The notes beneath the pieces were generated by a model. That model ran no database searches, was not told the origin of the DNA, and was given only the letters and a program-made list of their open reading frames with translations. This document shows positions 1 to 12,367 of a stretch of 64,000 nucleotides of DNA, in pieces. The stretch lies in the NCBI RefSeq assembly GCF_964204645.1, contig NC_134025.1:17149101-17213100 (forward strand), in the 5' to 3' direction. Each line of letters starts with the position of its first letter. The first letter of the stretch is position 1. Origin of the DNA: Tubulanus polymorphus (Eukaryota > Animalia > Nemertea). Position numbers and translations under genes: made by a program.

Positions 1-718
1 TTCTTATACTAATAATTTCTCTAATTGCTTCATCAGAAAATATATTTAAATCTTCTAATTGTTGATCTGTTGCATCAAGTAATCCATTCGGTAAAAGTTT
101 TTCAATTGGAACTTTATTTGATTTAAGTTTACTAGTTTTGGAAGTTATATTCTGTTCAGAAGTTGTTTCTGTTTCTGATTTCTTTTTGATTATTTCAAAT
201 AATTCATTAATTCTTTGTTTAAATACGTCTATATTATCATCTATTTCTTTTTGCGTAACATCAGTTATTTCATTACTATTACTTATTATTTTAATTTTAT
301 CTGGTTCTAATTTTGATTCTGCTAATATTTTATTTTTATTATTTTTATAAGTGATATCAATATAATAATCACCTTTCAAACGATAATAACATTTACCATC
401 TAAAAATTTTAATTGATCTGCTAAAAGTCCAACGTCTTCATCATTTATGTTAAGTTTAGATTTTTCAATTAAATCTTCTAATTTAGGTATTTTGTTTAAA
501 TTATCTAAATCTTGTTTTACTAAATCTGGGTCTAAATTTTCAGGATTTAATTGTGATTCTGCATTTTTAATATAATCAGGCATATTCAAATTATTATTAT
601 ATTCTGGCTCATTACCATCATTAAAACTTGTTTCATCAAAATCAGGTGGTTGTTCATCAGTTATGCCAGGTTCATCAAAATTATCCATTCCAATATCTTC
701 TCCACCTTCTACATCCAT
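1..718 (-). CDS. Acidic/coiled-coil protein upstream of MCP (5' part; runs off-window)
   Basis: Starts MDVEGGEDIGMDN on the minus strand; homologous to 13706..15169. Confidence 0.7.
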   Translation of the reverse strand, partial: MDVEGGEDIGMDNFDEPGITDEQPPDFDETSFNDGNEPEYNNNLNMPDYIKNAESQLNPENLDPDLVKQDLDNLNKIPKLEDLIEKSKLNINDEDVGLLADQLKFLDGKCYYRLKGDYYIDITYKNNKNKILAESKLEPDKIKIISNSNEITDVTQKEIDDNIDVFKQRINELFEIIKKKSETETTSEQNITSKTSKLKSNKVPIEKLLPNGLLDATDQQLEDLNIFSDEAIREIISIR

Positions 719-734
719 TTATATAATAAAAAAA

Positions 735-2124
735 TTAAAATTTAAAATATAATATTCCTCCTATAACAATTCCTATACAAGTTAAAGCTAATTTAGTATT
801 TTCATGGAATTTTTTATCATTATCAGTTTTAATTATATCATGCTGAATATTATCAGTTTTAATATTTTCTGATGTATTATAATCTTTTATTTTGGAGTCA
901 TTATCCAATTTAATATTCTTAGTTTTAGTTTCTGTTGATTGAATATGTTTTTTATTTTTTTCACCTTCCATTAATTTTGGAGCAGTAATTATCTTTTTAT
1001 TTATATCATTCAATCCAAATGAATTATTTATTGTTGCAGTTTTAATTAGATTATTATAACCAATTATATTTCCCATCTTTAATACTAAATCATTAGAAAT
1101 AATTAATAGATTAGGGCCTATACAATAATTTAATCTAATATGTGATTTATCTAAATAATTTTGATATCTTACAATGTTTTCTGGAATCGATCTATTTTTA
1201 TCATTATGTATGGAATCTTCAAATAAAACTTTAAATTGTTTTTGTGTATCGAATGATGTATTCAAATTTCCAATTATCGGTGATCTTGTTTCAACTTGTG
1301 CACCTAGAATACATATCAAATAAGTTCTAATAGATTGATTTATTCTTTGTATACCTGATTTTGTAAAACCTTCATTATTTTCTAAAATGAAATAAACCCA
1401 ACCATTATTGTTTTCTTGTTTTAAATTATCATAAAATGTCGGTAATTTATTGAAATTTAATGTTTCTAAATCCTTTGTTTCTATTTTACCATAACCTAAT
1501 TTATTACTATAGATATTATAAAAACTATTAGATGGTATGGGAAGTGCACAATATTCTGCAATCTTTTTAGGGCAAGGAAGTGATCTTATCGTTCCAATTT
1601 TTGTTCTAAAATCAGAATTATTTATATCTATATTTAATTCATTACAAATTTTATAAAACTTTGATAAATTAATATTATTATCTAATTCTTTAAAATATCT
1701 AGATCCTGGTAAAGCGCACTCTAATTCATTTAATATTATTCTGATTTGAAAGTATGTATGAAATCTAAATAAACTTTGAATTAATTTATATTATAGAATT
1801 ATTCAAATGATCATTCCAACTAATTCCACAACCTGTTGTTGCACAATAAACAGCAAAATTGAATTGGTTCTGCCAATACTTCATATTAGATTTTAATAAC
1901 CATTGTTTTTCATCTTTCAATTTTTTAAAATTAATTAAATATACATGAAATATATTTTCCATCTTTGCATTAAAATTATTAGTTTCAGTAACATAAATTT
2001 CTAAATTAGTTAATGAATCTAAAACTTCATTTCTATATGTAATATCTTTATTAAAATCTATTGCAGGAATATTATATTTAATTGATTTATTATATTGGAA
2101 AGCTTTTGGAAAACTATCTGCCAT
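735..2124 (-). pseudogene. Conserved ~462-aa virus protein with C-terminal TM helix (frameshifted)
   Basis: ORF pieces 1786..2124 and 735..1319 match the intact copy 62117..63505 (NFAVYCATTGCG motif). Confidence 0.8.
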
Positions 2125-2140
2125 TTATATAATTAAAAAA

Positions 2141-2582
2141 TTAATAATTAACTAATTCTTTTAATAATTTATCTTGTTCTTCAACTGTTATATGGCCATT
2201 TAAACTTTTTATATAATCTAGTGTATTCTTTAATTTATTAATCTCTTTTATATTAGTTTTAATATTTTCTTTATTACTTTTTATATTTAATTTTGAACTT
2301 ATACCAGTTAATACACTTGAACTTAAACCTAACACACCAATTGATATAGCTAAAGGTGTTAATGGACTGAATATTGCTAGAAATGTTATTACAGAACTAA
2401 TTGTAACCGAACCACTAATAATAAGATAATATATAATTTTAGATTTAAATTTTAAATATTTTTTCTTTTTAACTTTTAAGTCACTTTAAAATTCTAATAT
2501 TTGTTTTTTCTAAATATATCTTTAATTTAGTTTTATTTATATCATGAGGAATAATATCAATATTATCAACTTTATCTTCCAT
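2141..2582 (-). pseudogene. 144-aa two-TM protein (disrupted)
   Basis: Homologous to intact 11917..12351. Confidence 0.75.
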
Positions 2583-2601
2583 TTATTTAGCAAAAAAATT
2601 A

Positions 2602-3023
2602 CTAATTAGTAAATTTATATGCTACAAATATAACAATAACAGTTCCACCTAAAATCCAAATTATTTCATATTTCTTCTGTTCATTACTTGGGGTATAATA
2701 ATCTGATAATTTAGGTTTATATAGATGTGATTTTTCTTTATTTGTTACTGCGTTATATAAACTCATTGCATCATCAACTGATTGAAAATCTCTATGTGAA
2801 ATCTTCTGATCATATAATTGTTTATTGATGTAATCCATATAGTTTTGTCGTTTTTCTCTATATTCTTCCGCTGCTTAATTGTATTTCTCTAATGCTAAGT
2901 TATGTCTTCTTTGTTCTCCTAATGAACTATTTTTATCAATATGCTTAAATAAATAACCGCCACCAGTAAATGCTAAAGCGTTAACAATTGCCGATCCTAT
3001 AATAGTTATAATTGCAGAAGCCT
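2602..3023 (-). pseudogene. 140-aa membrane protein (start codon mutated, internal stop)
   Basis: Homologous to 11475..11897; ATG changed to AAG. Confidence 0.75.
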
Positions 3024-3048
3024 TTTATTTAGCAAAATAATTACGCAT

Positions 3049-3270
3049 TTATATGGGAGGAATATATTTTTGTTTTTCTAAATAATCAATAGTTAAATTA
3101 GATAAAGTAACTGCTAATGTTAATTTTAAGATATCATTTATATCAAATCTATCAACATTAACACTTCCCATTTTAAATACTTTTTTTAATACCATTGAAT
3201 AACCAACAGTTCCAACTGATAGTAATGCGCCATTATATAATCCAGTTATTATCCACTTATTATCACTCAT
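3049..3270 (-). CDS. 73-aa hydrophobic virus protein
   Basis: Near-identical in all five copies (MSDNKWIITGLYNG). Confidence 0.75.
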   Translation of the reverse strand: MSDNKWIITGLYNGALLSVGTVGYSMVLKKVFKMGSVNVDRFDINDILKLTLAVTLSNLTIDYLEKQKYIPPI

Positions 3271-3574
3271 TTATTAATGAAAAAAAATTACTACTTTTAT
3301 GATTATCATATATTTCGGTTAATATGTTTTTAATATCATCTATGATAAAATCTTCATCTAATTCATCAAATCTTAAAGATTCTCTAATTAAATTAGTAAT
3401 CTTTTCTACATTAAAAGTTTCTTTATCTATTGTTGTTTCATACTCAAATGTTGTTTCATTAGAAAATGCAATATTTTTGATATGTGTAATTACATCATTA
3501 ATGTTAAATTTCATTTCTTTCTCACGTTTAAAATCAAACCCAAAACATATACTCGGTCCAACAGTTATATTCAT
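3263..3574 (-). CDS. ~103-117-aa virus protein of unknown function
   Basis: MNITVGPSICFGFDF; homologues at 10870, 41204 and 60658. Confidence 0.65.
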   Translation of the reverse strand: MNITVGPSICFGFDFKREKEMKFNINDVITHIKNIAFSNETTFEYETTIDKETFNVEKITNLIRESLRFDELDEDFIIDDIKNILTEIYDNHKSSNFFSLINE

Positions 3575-3590
3575 TTATATAGTGAAAAAA

Positions 3591-4349
3591 TTACTCTCTA
3601 CATCTTATAACTAATTCATAAATTACAGGAAAGTTATTCAAATCAATTAAGTATCCATTGTGATTTCTTACTTCTAATCTAAAATTATTAAAATGTGGAA
3701 TACAAGGTTTGAAATCACATTCAGTTAAATTATAATTTATTTGAGTTCCAAATTGTTTGACATTTTTTAATGGTAAAATATTTAATAAACCAGAATTACA
3801 AATTGTATCTTAAGTTGCTTCAAATGTTTTTGTTGGGTCAATCAAATTGCAATAAATATAAAAATGTGTAAAAGGTATTAAGTTTGATTTACCTTCTGCG
3901 TGTGTTGTAACAACATCTGGTTTAATTCCTAACAGTTTACCTAAAGGTTTTCTTACTGTAAATTTAAATTGTTCGTCATTATCAAACCTAATCTTTATTT
4001 TATTAGAATTATCACTTTTTAAAATTCTAATATTAAATTTGGAATCACTTCCTAATTTAGCTCGAGCTTTTCTATTAATTTCTTGTGCTAATGTATCTAA
4101 ATTATATAATCCTGGTTTTAAATATATAAAAAACCATTTATTCCTTTTTTTGTAAAAGATTGGAAAAATTAAATGTTCTAGACTTTTATCCGTTATATTA
4201 TAAAAAGAATTACATAAACTTATATTAACTAATTTTAAATCTACACAATTCGTAAATTCTCTATCTAATTGAACTAGTAAATTATGTGATTTATAATTTG
4301 TAAGTTTTCTAGAATCTACAAATATTCTGTATTCTTTTAATTCTACCAT
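3591..4349 (-). pseudogene. Minor capsid (penton-like) protein, premature stop at ~3810
   Basis: Homologous to intact 251-aa ORFs 40432 and 59886; IFVDSR, IYCNLI and ILP pattern resembles single jelly-roll mCPs. Confidence 0.7.
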
Positions 4350-4417
4350 TATTTATAACATAAAAAAATTACCGCTCATCACTAAAAATTAATTTTAATA
4401 AAATTTTTCCCTAATAA

Positions 4418-5744
4418 ATGGATGAGAAGATAGCATGCGAAATTTGTGGTGAACTTCTAAGAAAAAGTAATATGGCTCGACATATGAAAAAACATGATGA
4501 AAATTATAAACCCCCTAAACTAAACTGTCCAAAATGTAATAAATTATTCTCAAGAAATTATGTTAAAAAACACAGAGAAGTGTAAAATTAATGGCGCAAC
4601 GGCTAATGTTGATAGTAACGAAAGTTATAGTAATTCTGCTGAAGTTGAACCTGAAGTTATTTGGAAAAGACCTTTCTTATTCTATGATAAGGATAATATA
4701 AAAGATCATTTCTGTAAGCCTTGTCGAATAAAATATAGCCCTGAAAATATAGAAGATTGGGAGAATCATCAATTTCGTAAAGCACATATAGATAAAATTT
4801 CTAATAAATTTGAAACTGAATTCAATGAAAGAAAAAATAATTTATTAGAAAAAATAAAATATGAGAAAACGTTACCAGATAATAAAGAAACAGTTCAAAA
4901 GTTAGAAAAACAATATAATGAATTAACAAGAAAAACATATTATTGTAAATATTGTAAATTGATTATTACAACAAGTAATTCAAATCTACATAATAGAACA
5001 ATAAAACATAAAGAAAACGTAAGAAAATACCAAGAGCTAAATGAAGATCTATTACCAATAAATTATAAACAAAAATGCCCACAATGTAATTACGCGAGCT
5101 TAAGACAAGAAGGTACTGTGTTATTTTGTAATGAATGTGGATGGCAAAAGAATTTATGGAGTGAAGAAAAAACTAGAAATTTTCTCATAGATCCAAAATT
5201 AAATTATCTAGATGAAATTTTTAAAACATTTTCTATAGAAGATCATACACCAGAATATATGCAATGGCTTGAAAAAATGAAAATAATAGAAAATAAAAAT
5301 GGCGAAATAACTAAAAAAGATATTATAAAAACAATTATTCCGTCAACATTTAACACAAAACAAAAGAAAATGTATTTATATTTATTATTTAACGATTATT
5401 ATGAAAAACCTAAATTAATAGAACAAGATATGAAAAATATAAAAAAAATATTCAAACAAATATTAATGTATTATTTGGAAAATAGAATAACAGATTCAAT
5501 AAATTATGAATTCTTTTTAAATAAGATTGTAAATTATTTAAACATAGATATTATAATTCCATTTGATGAATTAACAAACAAAAAAAAACAAAGAGAGCGA
5601 GATGAAATGTGGCGCAAGATAGAACTGTATTTTAATGAGAAAAATGAAATGGAAGAACCTAAACAAATTATACAAGAACAATTAAATGAAAATGAAGAAG
5701 CCAATAGTGATTTCGAGTATGATGATATTGATTTTATGTTTTAA
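4418..5744 (+). CDS. Zinc-finger plus VLTF3-like (poxvirus A2L family) late transcription factor; frameshift near 4560
   Basis: N-terminal C2H2 fingers (CEICG..H..H, CKPC, CKYC), Zn ribbon CPQC-x13-CNECG, and C-terminal INYEFFLNKIVNYL...QRERDEMWRKI resembling the VLTF3 C-terminus. Confidence 0.65.
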
Positions 5745-6198
5745 TGGCCATAATGGGTAATGTTTTTATACCATCATCTAAAATATGCCTTTTATCATCA
5801 AATGGATTCAAACTAGTTTTTTCTACTTCATTAATGTACATCTCGTGATCTTCTGATCTTAAACAATTCATTTTGTGTTTCATTACAATTGATTTATATA
5901 AACACTTTATATAATCTTGAAATTCTATATGTTTATCAACCACATGTTTTGTTATTCCTTTTAACTTTTTAGCTTCATGATCTTTTGTTCTATAACTATA
6001 CATTTTACTTCTTATCCCAACAAATTCAATCATTTCATCACCCCCTAATTGATCTTTAAACTTACCAGGAATATTTTTATTATCATTGCTAGATAGTTCA
6101 TGATCTTTGGGATAATTGCTAAAATCAAAATGATGTTTTAATGTTTTTAAGTCTTTTGTTATGTCATTTGTCTTGATTTTTAGTATGTAACTGTCAGT

Positions 6199-6423
6199 AT
6201 TGAAGCAAATTAATGGAAATCCACAGTTAAATGTACCATCTTCAGTTGATAAATCATAAACATAATCTGATGGGTTATATATTTCAAATAAATCTTTAAC
6301 TTCTTCAGTTAAATCTTTTTCTGTGTGGCTTAGATTAAAGCAATTTGGTTTAGATTTAATCAATCCAATATTCATATTGAAGCCTAATGAATTATATAAT
6401 ATATTTAACCCTGATATAGCAAA
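6199..6423 (-). other. C-terminal remnant of an intein at the pPolB motif C (D|TDS) site
   Basis: AISGLNILYNSLGFNMNI...KPNCFNL...DYVYDLSTEDGTFNCGFPLICFN directly precedes TDSYILKIK, where copies D/E read ILYFDTDSYILKIK. It has block F (VYDL..E..F), a terminal Asn and a +1 Thr. Confidence 0.8.
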
Positions 6424-6784
6424 TTATTTTTCGAAATCTTTTTTTGATATGGTTCTCTGTTGAGTATTGAAATCTATATATTTTTCTAACCACTTCGATT
6501 GATTAAATTCAATATATCTATGTACTTTCTTTAATTTCATTCCTTGTTTTAGATAAAATTTTAACATTCTATAATGAACAATATAATTGTATTTATTATT
6601 TTGAGTAAGTATTAATTTTTCTGTAAAAACATGATCTTTCGGTTTTATTTTCTTCTGGTATTCACTTAAATAACTATCATCTACAGTTAAATGTTCTGGG
6701 CAATAAGGTAAGTTTCTTGTTTTAAACTTTATATTTTCAGGATATTCTAAATCAACTACAAAGAAATAACCAATTGGTTCTTCA

Positions 6785-7771
6785 TCTTCTAAACTCATAA
6801 TTGCGCTTTCCCAATTAGTTTTGTCATCATTTTCAACTTCTGTTAATATAAAATTTTTGTATGGTTGAGGTTGCATCATTGCCCAACCATATAAATTATT
6901 GGCGTCAATATATAATAATTTGCTTTAAAATACCTTTAAAAATTTGCTTTAAAATAATCTCCCATAACACCACTAATTCCACCTCTAATTGATTTTTCAA
7001 ATAATAAAACCATGTCTGGTTCTTTTAATAAATCTAATTCTACATTTGTATATTTTAAACCACATTGCCAGGTTAAACCAGGACTAGAGTAGCAATAACA
7101 AGGATCAACATTAAAATGATTCAAATTAACTTCTCTAAATTTTTCAAATATGTCAGCCAATATCATAACATCTGATTTTGAATATAAATCAACTAATTCG
7201 CCATGATTTTTCATCTTAAAATGGTTCCAAATATTTAATGTTCTATTAAACACTTCGTCCTTCACATACTCCTCTTTTAATTCTTCTAAACTCATAATTG
7301 CGCTTTCCCAATTAGTTTTGTCATCATTTTCAACTTCTGTTAATATAAAATTTTTGTATGGTTGAGGTTGCATCATTGCCCAACCATATAAATTATTGGC
7401 GTCAATATATAATAATTTATATTCATCATTTGCTTTAAAATACCTATCTCCCATAACACCACTAATTCCACCTCTAATTGATTTTTCAAATAATAAAACC
7501 ATGTCTGGTTCTTTTAATAAATCTAATTCTACATTTGTATATTTTAAACCACATTGCCAGGTTAAACCAGGACTAGAGTAGCAATAACAAGGATCAACAT
7601 TAAAATGATTCAAATTAACTTATCTAAATTTTTCAAATATGTCAGCCAATATCATAACATCTGATTTTGAATATAAATCAACTAATTCGCCATGATTTTT
7701 CATCTTAAAATGGTTCCAAATATTTCATGTTCTATTAAACACTTCGTCCTTCACATACTTCTCTTTTAATT
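6785..7771. repeat. ~497-bp tandem duplication inside pPolB of A
   Basis: 6785-7281 repeats at 7282-7771; the DPCYCYSSPGLTW and MMQPQPYKNF peptides each occur twice. Confidence 0.85.
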
Positions 7772-10156
7772 GATCATAAAATTGATCTTTTAATAATTCT
7801 GTCACATTAAAATCATTGTGTGTTTTATAAAATGAATAAGGAATTGCACCTTTATATCTCAATAATTTAAAATCTTGGTCATTTGGATAATAATATCGAG
7901 TTATAACAAAATCATTATCAACTAAACTTTTTGATAAATTATCTAATGAACTTGCTAGAAATCTATAAGAATCTAAAAATCTAATGCAACCAAGTTGAAA
8001 TGAAATATAATTTTCAGATGTTTTAGCTCATAGTTTAAAATCATATTTTCTTGCATTTACACCATTCATAGTTTTATATTCTTCTATTTCTTGATTAATT
8101 GCGCCCAATTTTCCCGATAATTGTTTTATAAATAGATGGGTATCATAACCTGATAAATTATGAAATAATATTGGTACGAAATTTACTTTTTTAGCTTGTA
8201 TATTACAATCTTCATGAGCAGCTCCACGATATTTTGAATTTAAATGATCATGATCTCTAACTTTTTTATCAAATGAATAAAAACGTTTTTCACAATAACA
8301 ACAATGAGTTGCATAATTAAAATCAATTTCATCTTCTTTTGTCATTACTATTCTTTTATTTTTGTTTAATAATTTTGCAAAAATCACTTTCTAATTCAAT
8401 CATTTTGTTACAAAAATCATTAACTACATTTTCACCTCTAAAAGTAATATATTGACTTTCATATAATTCAGGATAATTTGATTTTATATAAATTCCATAA
8501 GCAGCAGCTCTTTGATGAACTTTTTTAATTTTATTTATAGTTGGTGGGTCTTGTATTGTGTTTTCATTTAATTCATTTCCTTTATCCATTGATTTTAATA
8601 ATTGCTTTTTGTTATATATTTCTTTTCTATCTTGATCAGTTAATTCTTTATTCTACGATTCAAAATCCCCATAAATTACAAATGGAACAATATTCTTAAA
8701 TTTATGATTAGTAAATTTCAATTTATAATCTTTTTCTGTTGGCATTATTAATTTACAAAAATCTTTATTATCACATAATTTTTTATGTTTTAATAATGTA
8801 TTCTCAGTCATAAATTTAGATAAACATTTTCTACATAGATAAATTTTACGATGATGATCACTTTCTGTTCTAAAGAATAAATTAATTTGTTTTAACCACA
8901 TACAATGTTCATTTTCATCTTTTTTGTAATATAACAAATCTATAGCATTTTCATCATCATAATATTCTGTTAAATATAAAGCTTCTAATGTATAATCTTT
9001 AATATTTTCACCTTTTGTCTTTGGTAATTGCATTAATTCGAATATATTTATTTTTAAATTATTAACTTTTTCTATTTTAGGAATCATTTTTATAGTTACT
9101 GGATATTGATCAATTTTATATAATGTTTCATATTTCCGGTAATTTGTTATTCTAAAACTATGCGTCATATCTTCTGTTGGGTGTAAACAACTAATAATTG
9201 ACCATAGAAAACATTTATTATCTTCATTTTGAACATTTATTACTGCTTTTGTTGTAAATGGTAATTTAATATAAGATGATCCTTTAATATCCTTTTCTGT
9301 TGTAAAGTTTGAATCATTTTAAAACATTTTATTACTTTTTGATGTTTTATTTCTTTTTGTATTATAAACATTTAAATCTAAATATATAATTTCATTCAAT
9401 GTTAAGCCAGAACCCTCAAAATATCTTTCTTCAATATGACGTTTAAATTCATTAAATATTTTTTCTAACTTCTCTTTTATTTGTGTTTTTGAAATTATTT
9501 CTTCAGAGTGTGTTTGAATATTATAATCCATTTATCTTCTGACTTAATAAAACTTACTTTCCCAGAGATACTAATTTTTGGATATTCAACATCTGTTATC
9601 AAATCTAGTATTTTTTCTATTATTTCATTAAATTTACTATAATCTTCTATTGTTGTTCCTTTAAAGAATCTAAATATAATAGCTGCAGGACCAATTTTAC
9701 TACGTAATGTTTCTAATATTTCAATTGTATCTTTTATTTCTAGTGAATCAATATAATTTCTAACATTTTCCATGTAAGGTTTATTTGAAATGGATTTAGT
9801 TTTTGAAGTTGGTTTTTTAATTTTTGAGGTTTATCATCAAAATAATCTTTTCCTAAAACATTATTACTCAAATTTTGATGGTGTTTTTGTGATTCGAGAT
9901 GTCTATTATAATTCCTTTTTACTATAAATTCATTACAAACTTCACATTTTATTTCATCCACATTCATATTTTCTAATCGTTCTTTTCTTTCATTGGAATT
10001 TTCTGGGGTTTCAAAATCTATAACATTTTTTATATGATTTGAAGATTTTTCATGTTTAGATTTATTAGATTTATCGATGTATTTTTTACAATATTGGCAA
10101 TAATATTGATTTTTATTAACATTATTGTTTTCTGTCTGGTACTCACTCTCTCCCAT

Positions 10157-10241
10157 TTATTAGGAAAAAAAATTACTTGTGGTGATGAGTGGTGTTTAGT
10201 ACTTAAGTACTCTGGTATGAAACCCACATCTTCCAATTACT
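10157..10241 (-). repeat. Terminal (TIR) sequence of A
   Basis: Reverse complement closely matches the left end of C (20017-20101). Confidence 0.85.
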
Positions 10242-10853
10242 TATAATATATCGGATAGAACTCTTGATTATAGAGTCTTTTTAATTCATATTAGAAATAT
10301 AAATAAATGGTTTCATCTATTTTTAAAACCAGGGTTATATAATTTAGAAACATTAGCCCAAGAAATTAATCGGAGAGCACGATTAAAACTTGGAAGTGAA
10401 TATAAGTTTTCAATTAGATTTATAAAAAGTGATAGTTCTGATTAAATTAGAATAAAGTTAGATGATGAAAGCAAACATGCATTTATGGTAAGGAAAACTT
10501 TAGCTAAACTGTTAGGAATTAAACCACAAACTGTTACAGGAAACGTAGACGGTAATTCAAATATAATACCTTTTACACATTTTTATATTTATTGCAATTT
10601 AATTGATCCTACAAAAACATTTGAAGCAACTAAAGATACAACATGTAATTCTAGTATATTAAATATTTTACCGTTGAAGAATGTTAAACAATTTGGAACG
10701 CAAATAAATTATAATTTAGCTGAATGTGATTTTAAACCTTGTATTCCTCAATTTAATAATTTCAAATTAGAAGTAAGAAATCACAATGGATACTTCATTG
10801 ATTTGAATAACTTTCCTGTAATTTATAAATTAGTTATAAGATGTAGAGAGTAA
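10242..10853 (+). pseudogene. Minor capsid protein, 3' part (interrupted by A)
   Basis: Begins mid-gene at YNISDRTLDY..NKWFHLFLKPGLYNLE; continues in ORF 10485..10853. Confidence 0.75.
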
Positions 10854-10869
10854 TTTTTTCATTATATAA

Positions 10870-11449
10870 ATGAATATAACTGTTGGACCGAGTATATGTT
10901 TTGGATTTGATTTTAAACGCGAGAAAGAAATAAAATTTAACATTAATTATGTAATTACAAATATTAAAAATATTACATTTTCTAATGAAACAACATTTGA
11001 GTATGAAACAACAATAGATAAAGAAACTTTAAATGTAGAAAGATTACTAATTTAATTAGAAAATCTTTAAGATTTTATGAATTAGATGAAGATTTTATCA
11101 TCGATGATATTAAAAACATATTAACCAAAATATATGATAATCATAAAAGTAGTAAGGAAATAAATGTTGATTTAATCATAAATAAGTTAACTAAATATTT
11201 TGAAGTAATTTATTTGATAAATAAATGAGTGATAATAAGTGGATAATAACTGGATTATATAATGGAGCATTACTATCAGTTGGAACTGTTGGTTATTCAA
11301 TGGTATTAAAAAAAAGTATTCAAAATGGGAAGTGTTAATGTTGATAGATTTGATATAAATGATATTTTAAAATTAACATTAGCAGTAACTTTATCTAATT
11401 TAACAATTGATTATTTAGAAAAACGAAAAAAATATATTCCTCCCATATA
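10870..11449 (+). pseudogene. Two small frameshifted virus genes (MNITVG- and MSDNKW-type)
   Basis: Homologous to 3263..3574 and 3049..3270. Confidence 0.7.
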
Positions 11450-11474
11450 AATACATAATTATTTTGCTAAATAA

Positions 11475-11897
11475 ATGGCTTCTGCAGTTATAACTATTAT
11501 AGGATCGGTAATTGTTAACGCTTTAGCATTTACAGGCGGCGGTTATTTATTTAAGCATATTGATAAAAATGGATCATTAAGAGAACAAAAAAGACATAAC
11601 TTAGCATTAGAGAAATACAATAAAGCAGCAGAAGAATATAGAGAAAAAAGACAAAACTATATGGATTGTATTAACAAGGAATTATATGATCAGAAAATTT
11701 CACATAGAGATTTTCAATCAGGTGATGATGCAATGAGTTTATATAACGCGGTAACCAATAAAGAAAAATTACATCTATACAAACCTAAATTATCAGATTA
11801 TTATACCCCAAGTAAAGAACAACAGAAATATGAAATAATTTGGATTTTTGGCGGAACAGTTATTGTAATATTTGTTGCTTATAAATTTACTAATTAG
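11475..11897 (+). CDS. 140-aa membrane protein (N- and C-terminal hydrophobic segments)
   Basis: Intact ORF, near-identical to 41807 and 61220. Confidence 0.75.
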   Translation: MASAVITIIGSVIVNALAFTGGGYLFKHIDKNGSLREQKRHNLALEKYNKAAEEYREKRQNYMDCINKELYDQKISHRDFQSGDDAMSLYNAVTNKEKLHLYKPKLSDYYTPSKEQQKYEIIWIFGGTVIVIFVAYKFTN

Positions 11898-11916
11898 TAA
11901 TTTTTTTGCTAAATAA

Positions 11917-12351
11917 ATGGAAGATAAAGTTGATAATATTGATATTATTCCTCATGATATAAATAAAACTAAATTAAAAATATATTTAGAAAAACAAATA
12001 TTAGAATTTGAAAATGATTTAAAAGTTAAAAAGAAAAAATATTTAAAATCTAAAATTATATATTATTTGATTATAAGTGGTTCCGTTACAATTAGTTCTG
12101 TAATAACATTTCTAGCAATATTCAGTCCATTAACACCTTTAGCTATATCAATTGGCGTATTAGGATTATCATCAAGTGTATTAACCGGTATAAGTTCAAA
12201 ATTAAATATGAAAAGTAATAAAGAAAAAATTAAAACTAATATAAAAGAAATTAATAAATTAAAGAATACACTAGATTATATAATAAGTTTAAATGGCCAT
12301 ATAACAGTTGAAGAACAAGATAAATTATTAAAAGAATTAATAAATTATTAA
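11917..12351 (+). CDS. 144-aa two-TM protein
   Basis: Intact only in this copy; two hydrophobic helices flanked by coiled coil. Confidence 0.75.
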   Translation: MEDKVDNIDIIPHDINKTKLKIYLEKQILEFENDLKVKKKKYLKSKIIYYLIISGSVTISSVITFLAIFSPLTPLAISIGVLGLSSSVLTGISSKLNMKSNKEKIKTNIKEINKLKNTLDYIISLNGHITVEEQDKLLKELINY

Positions 12352-12367
12352 TTTTTTTATTATATAA

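Larger units (their letters stand above)
5734..10156 (-). pseudogene. Protein-primed DNA polymerase B (type 1 N-terminus), fragmented
   Basis: VIYGDFES, RDHDHLNSKYRGAAH, FHNLSGYD, YIDANNLYGWAM, TDS and KLKGI motifs. Motif B is deleted; multiple frameshifts. Confidence 0.92.
1..10241 (-). mobile_element. Polinton/Maverick-like endogenous virus copy A (degraded; far end off-window)
   Basis: Terminus at 10241 reads AGTAATTGGAAG...TTTCATACCAGAG on the minus strand. It is followed by pPolB, minor capsid and the same structural gene order as copies B-E. It abuts the middle of B's minor capsid gene. Confidence 0.9.
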
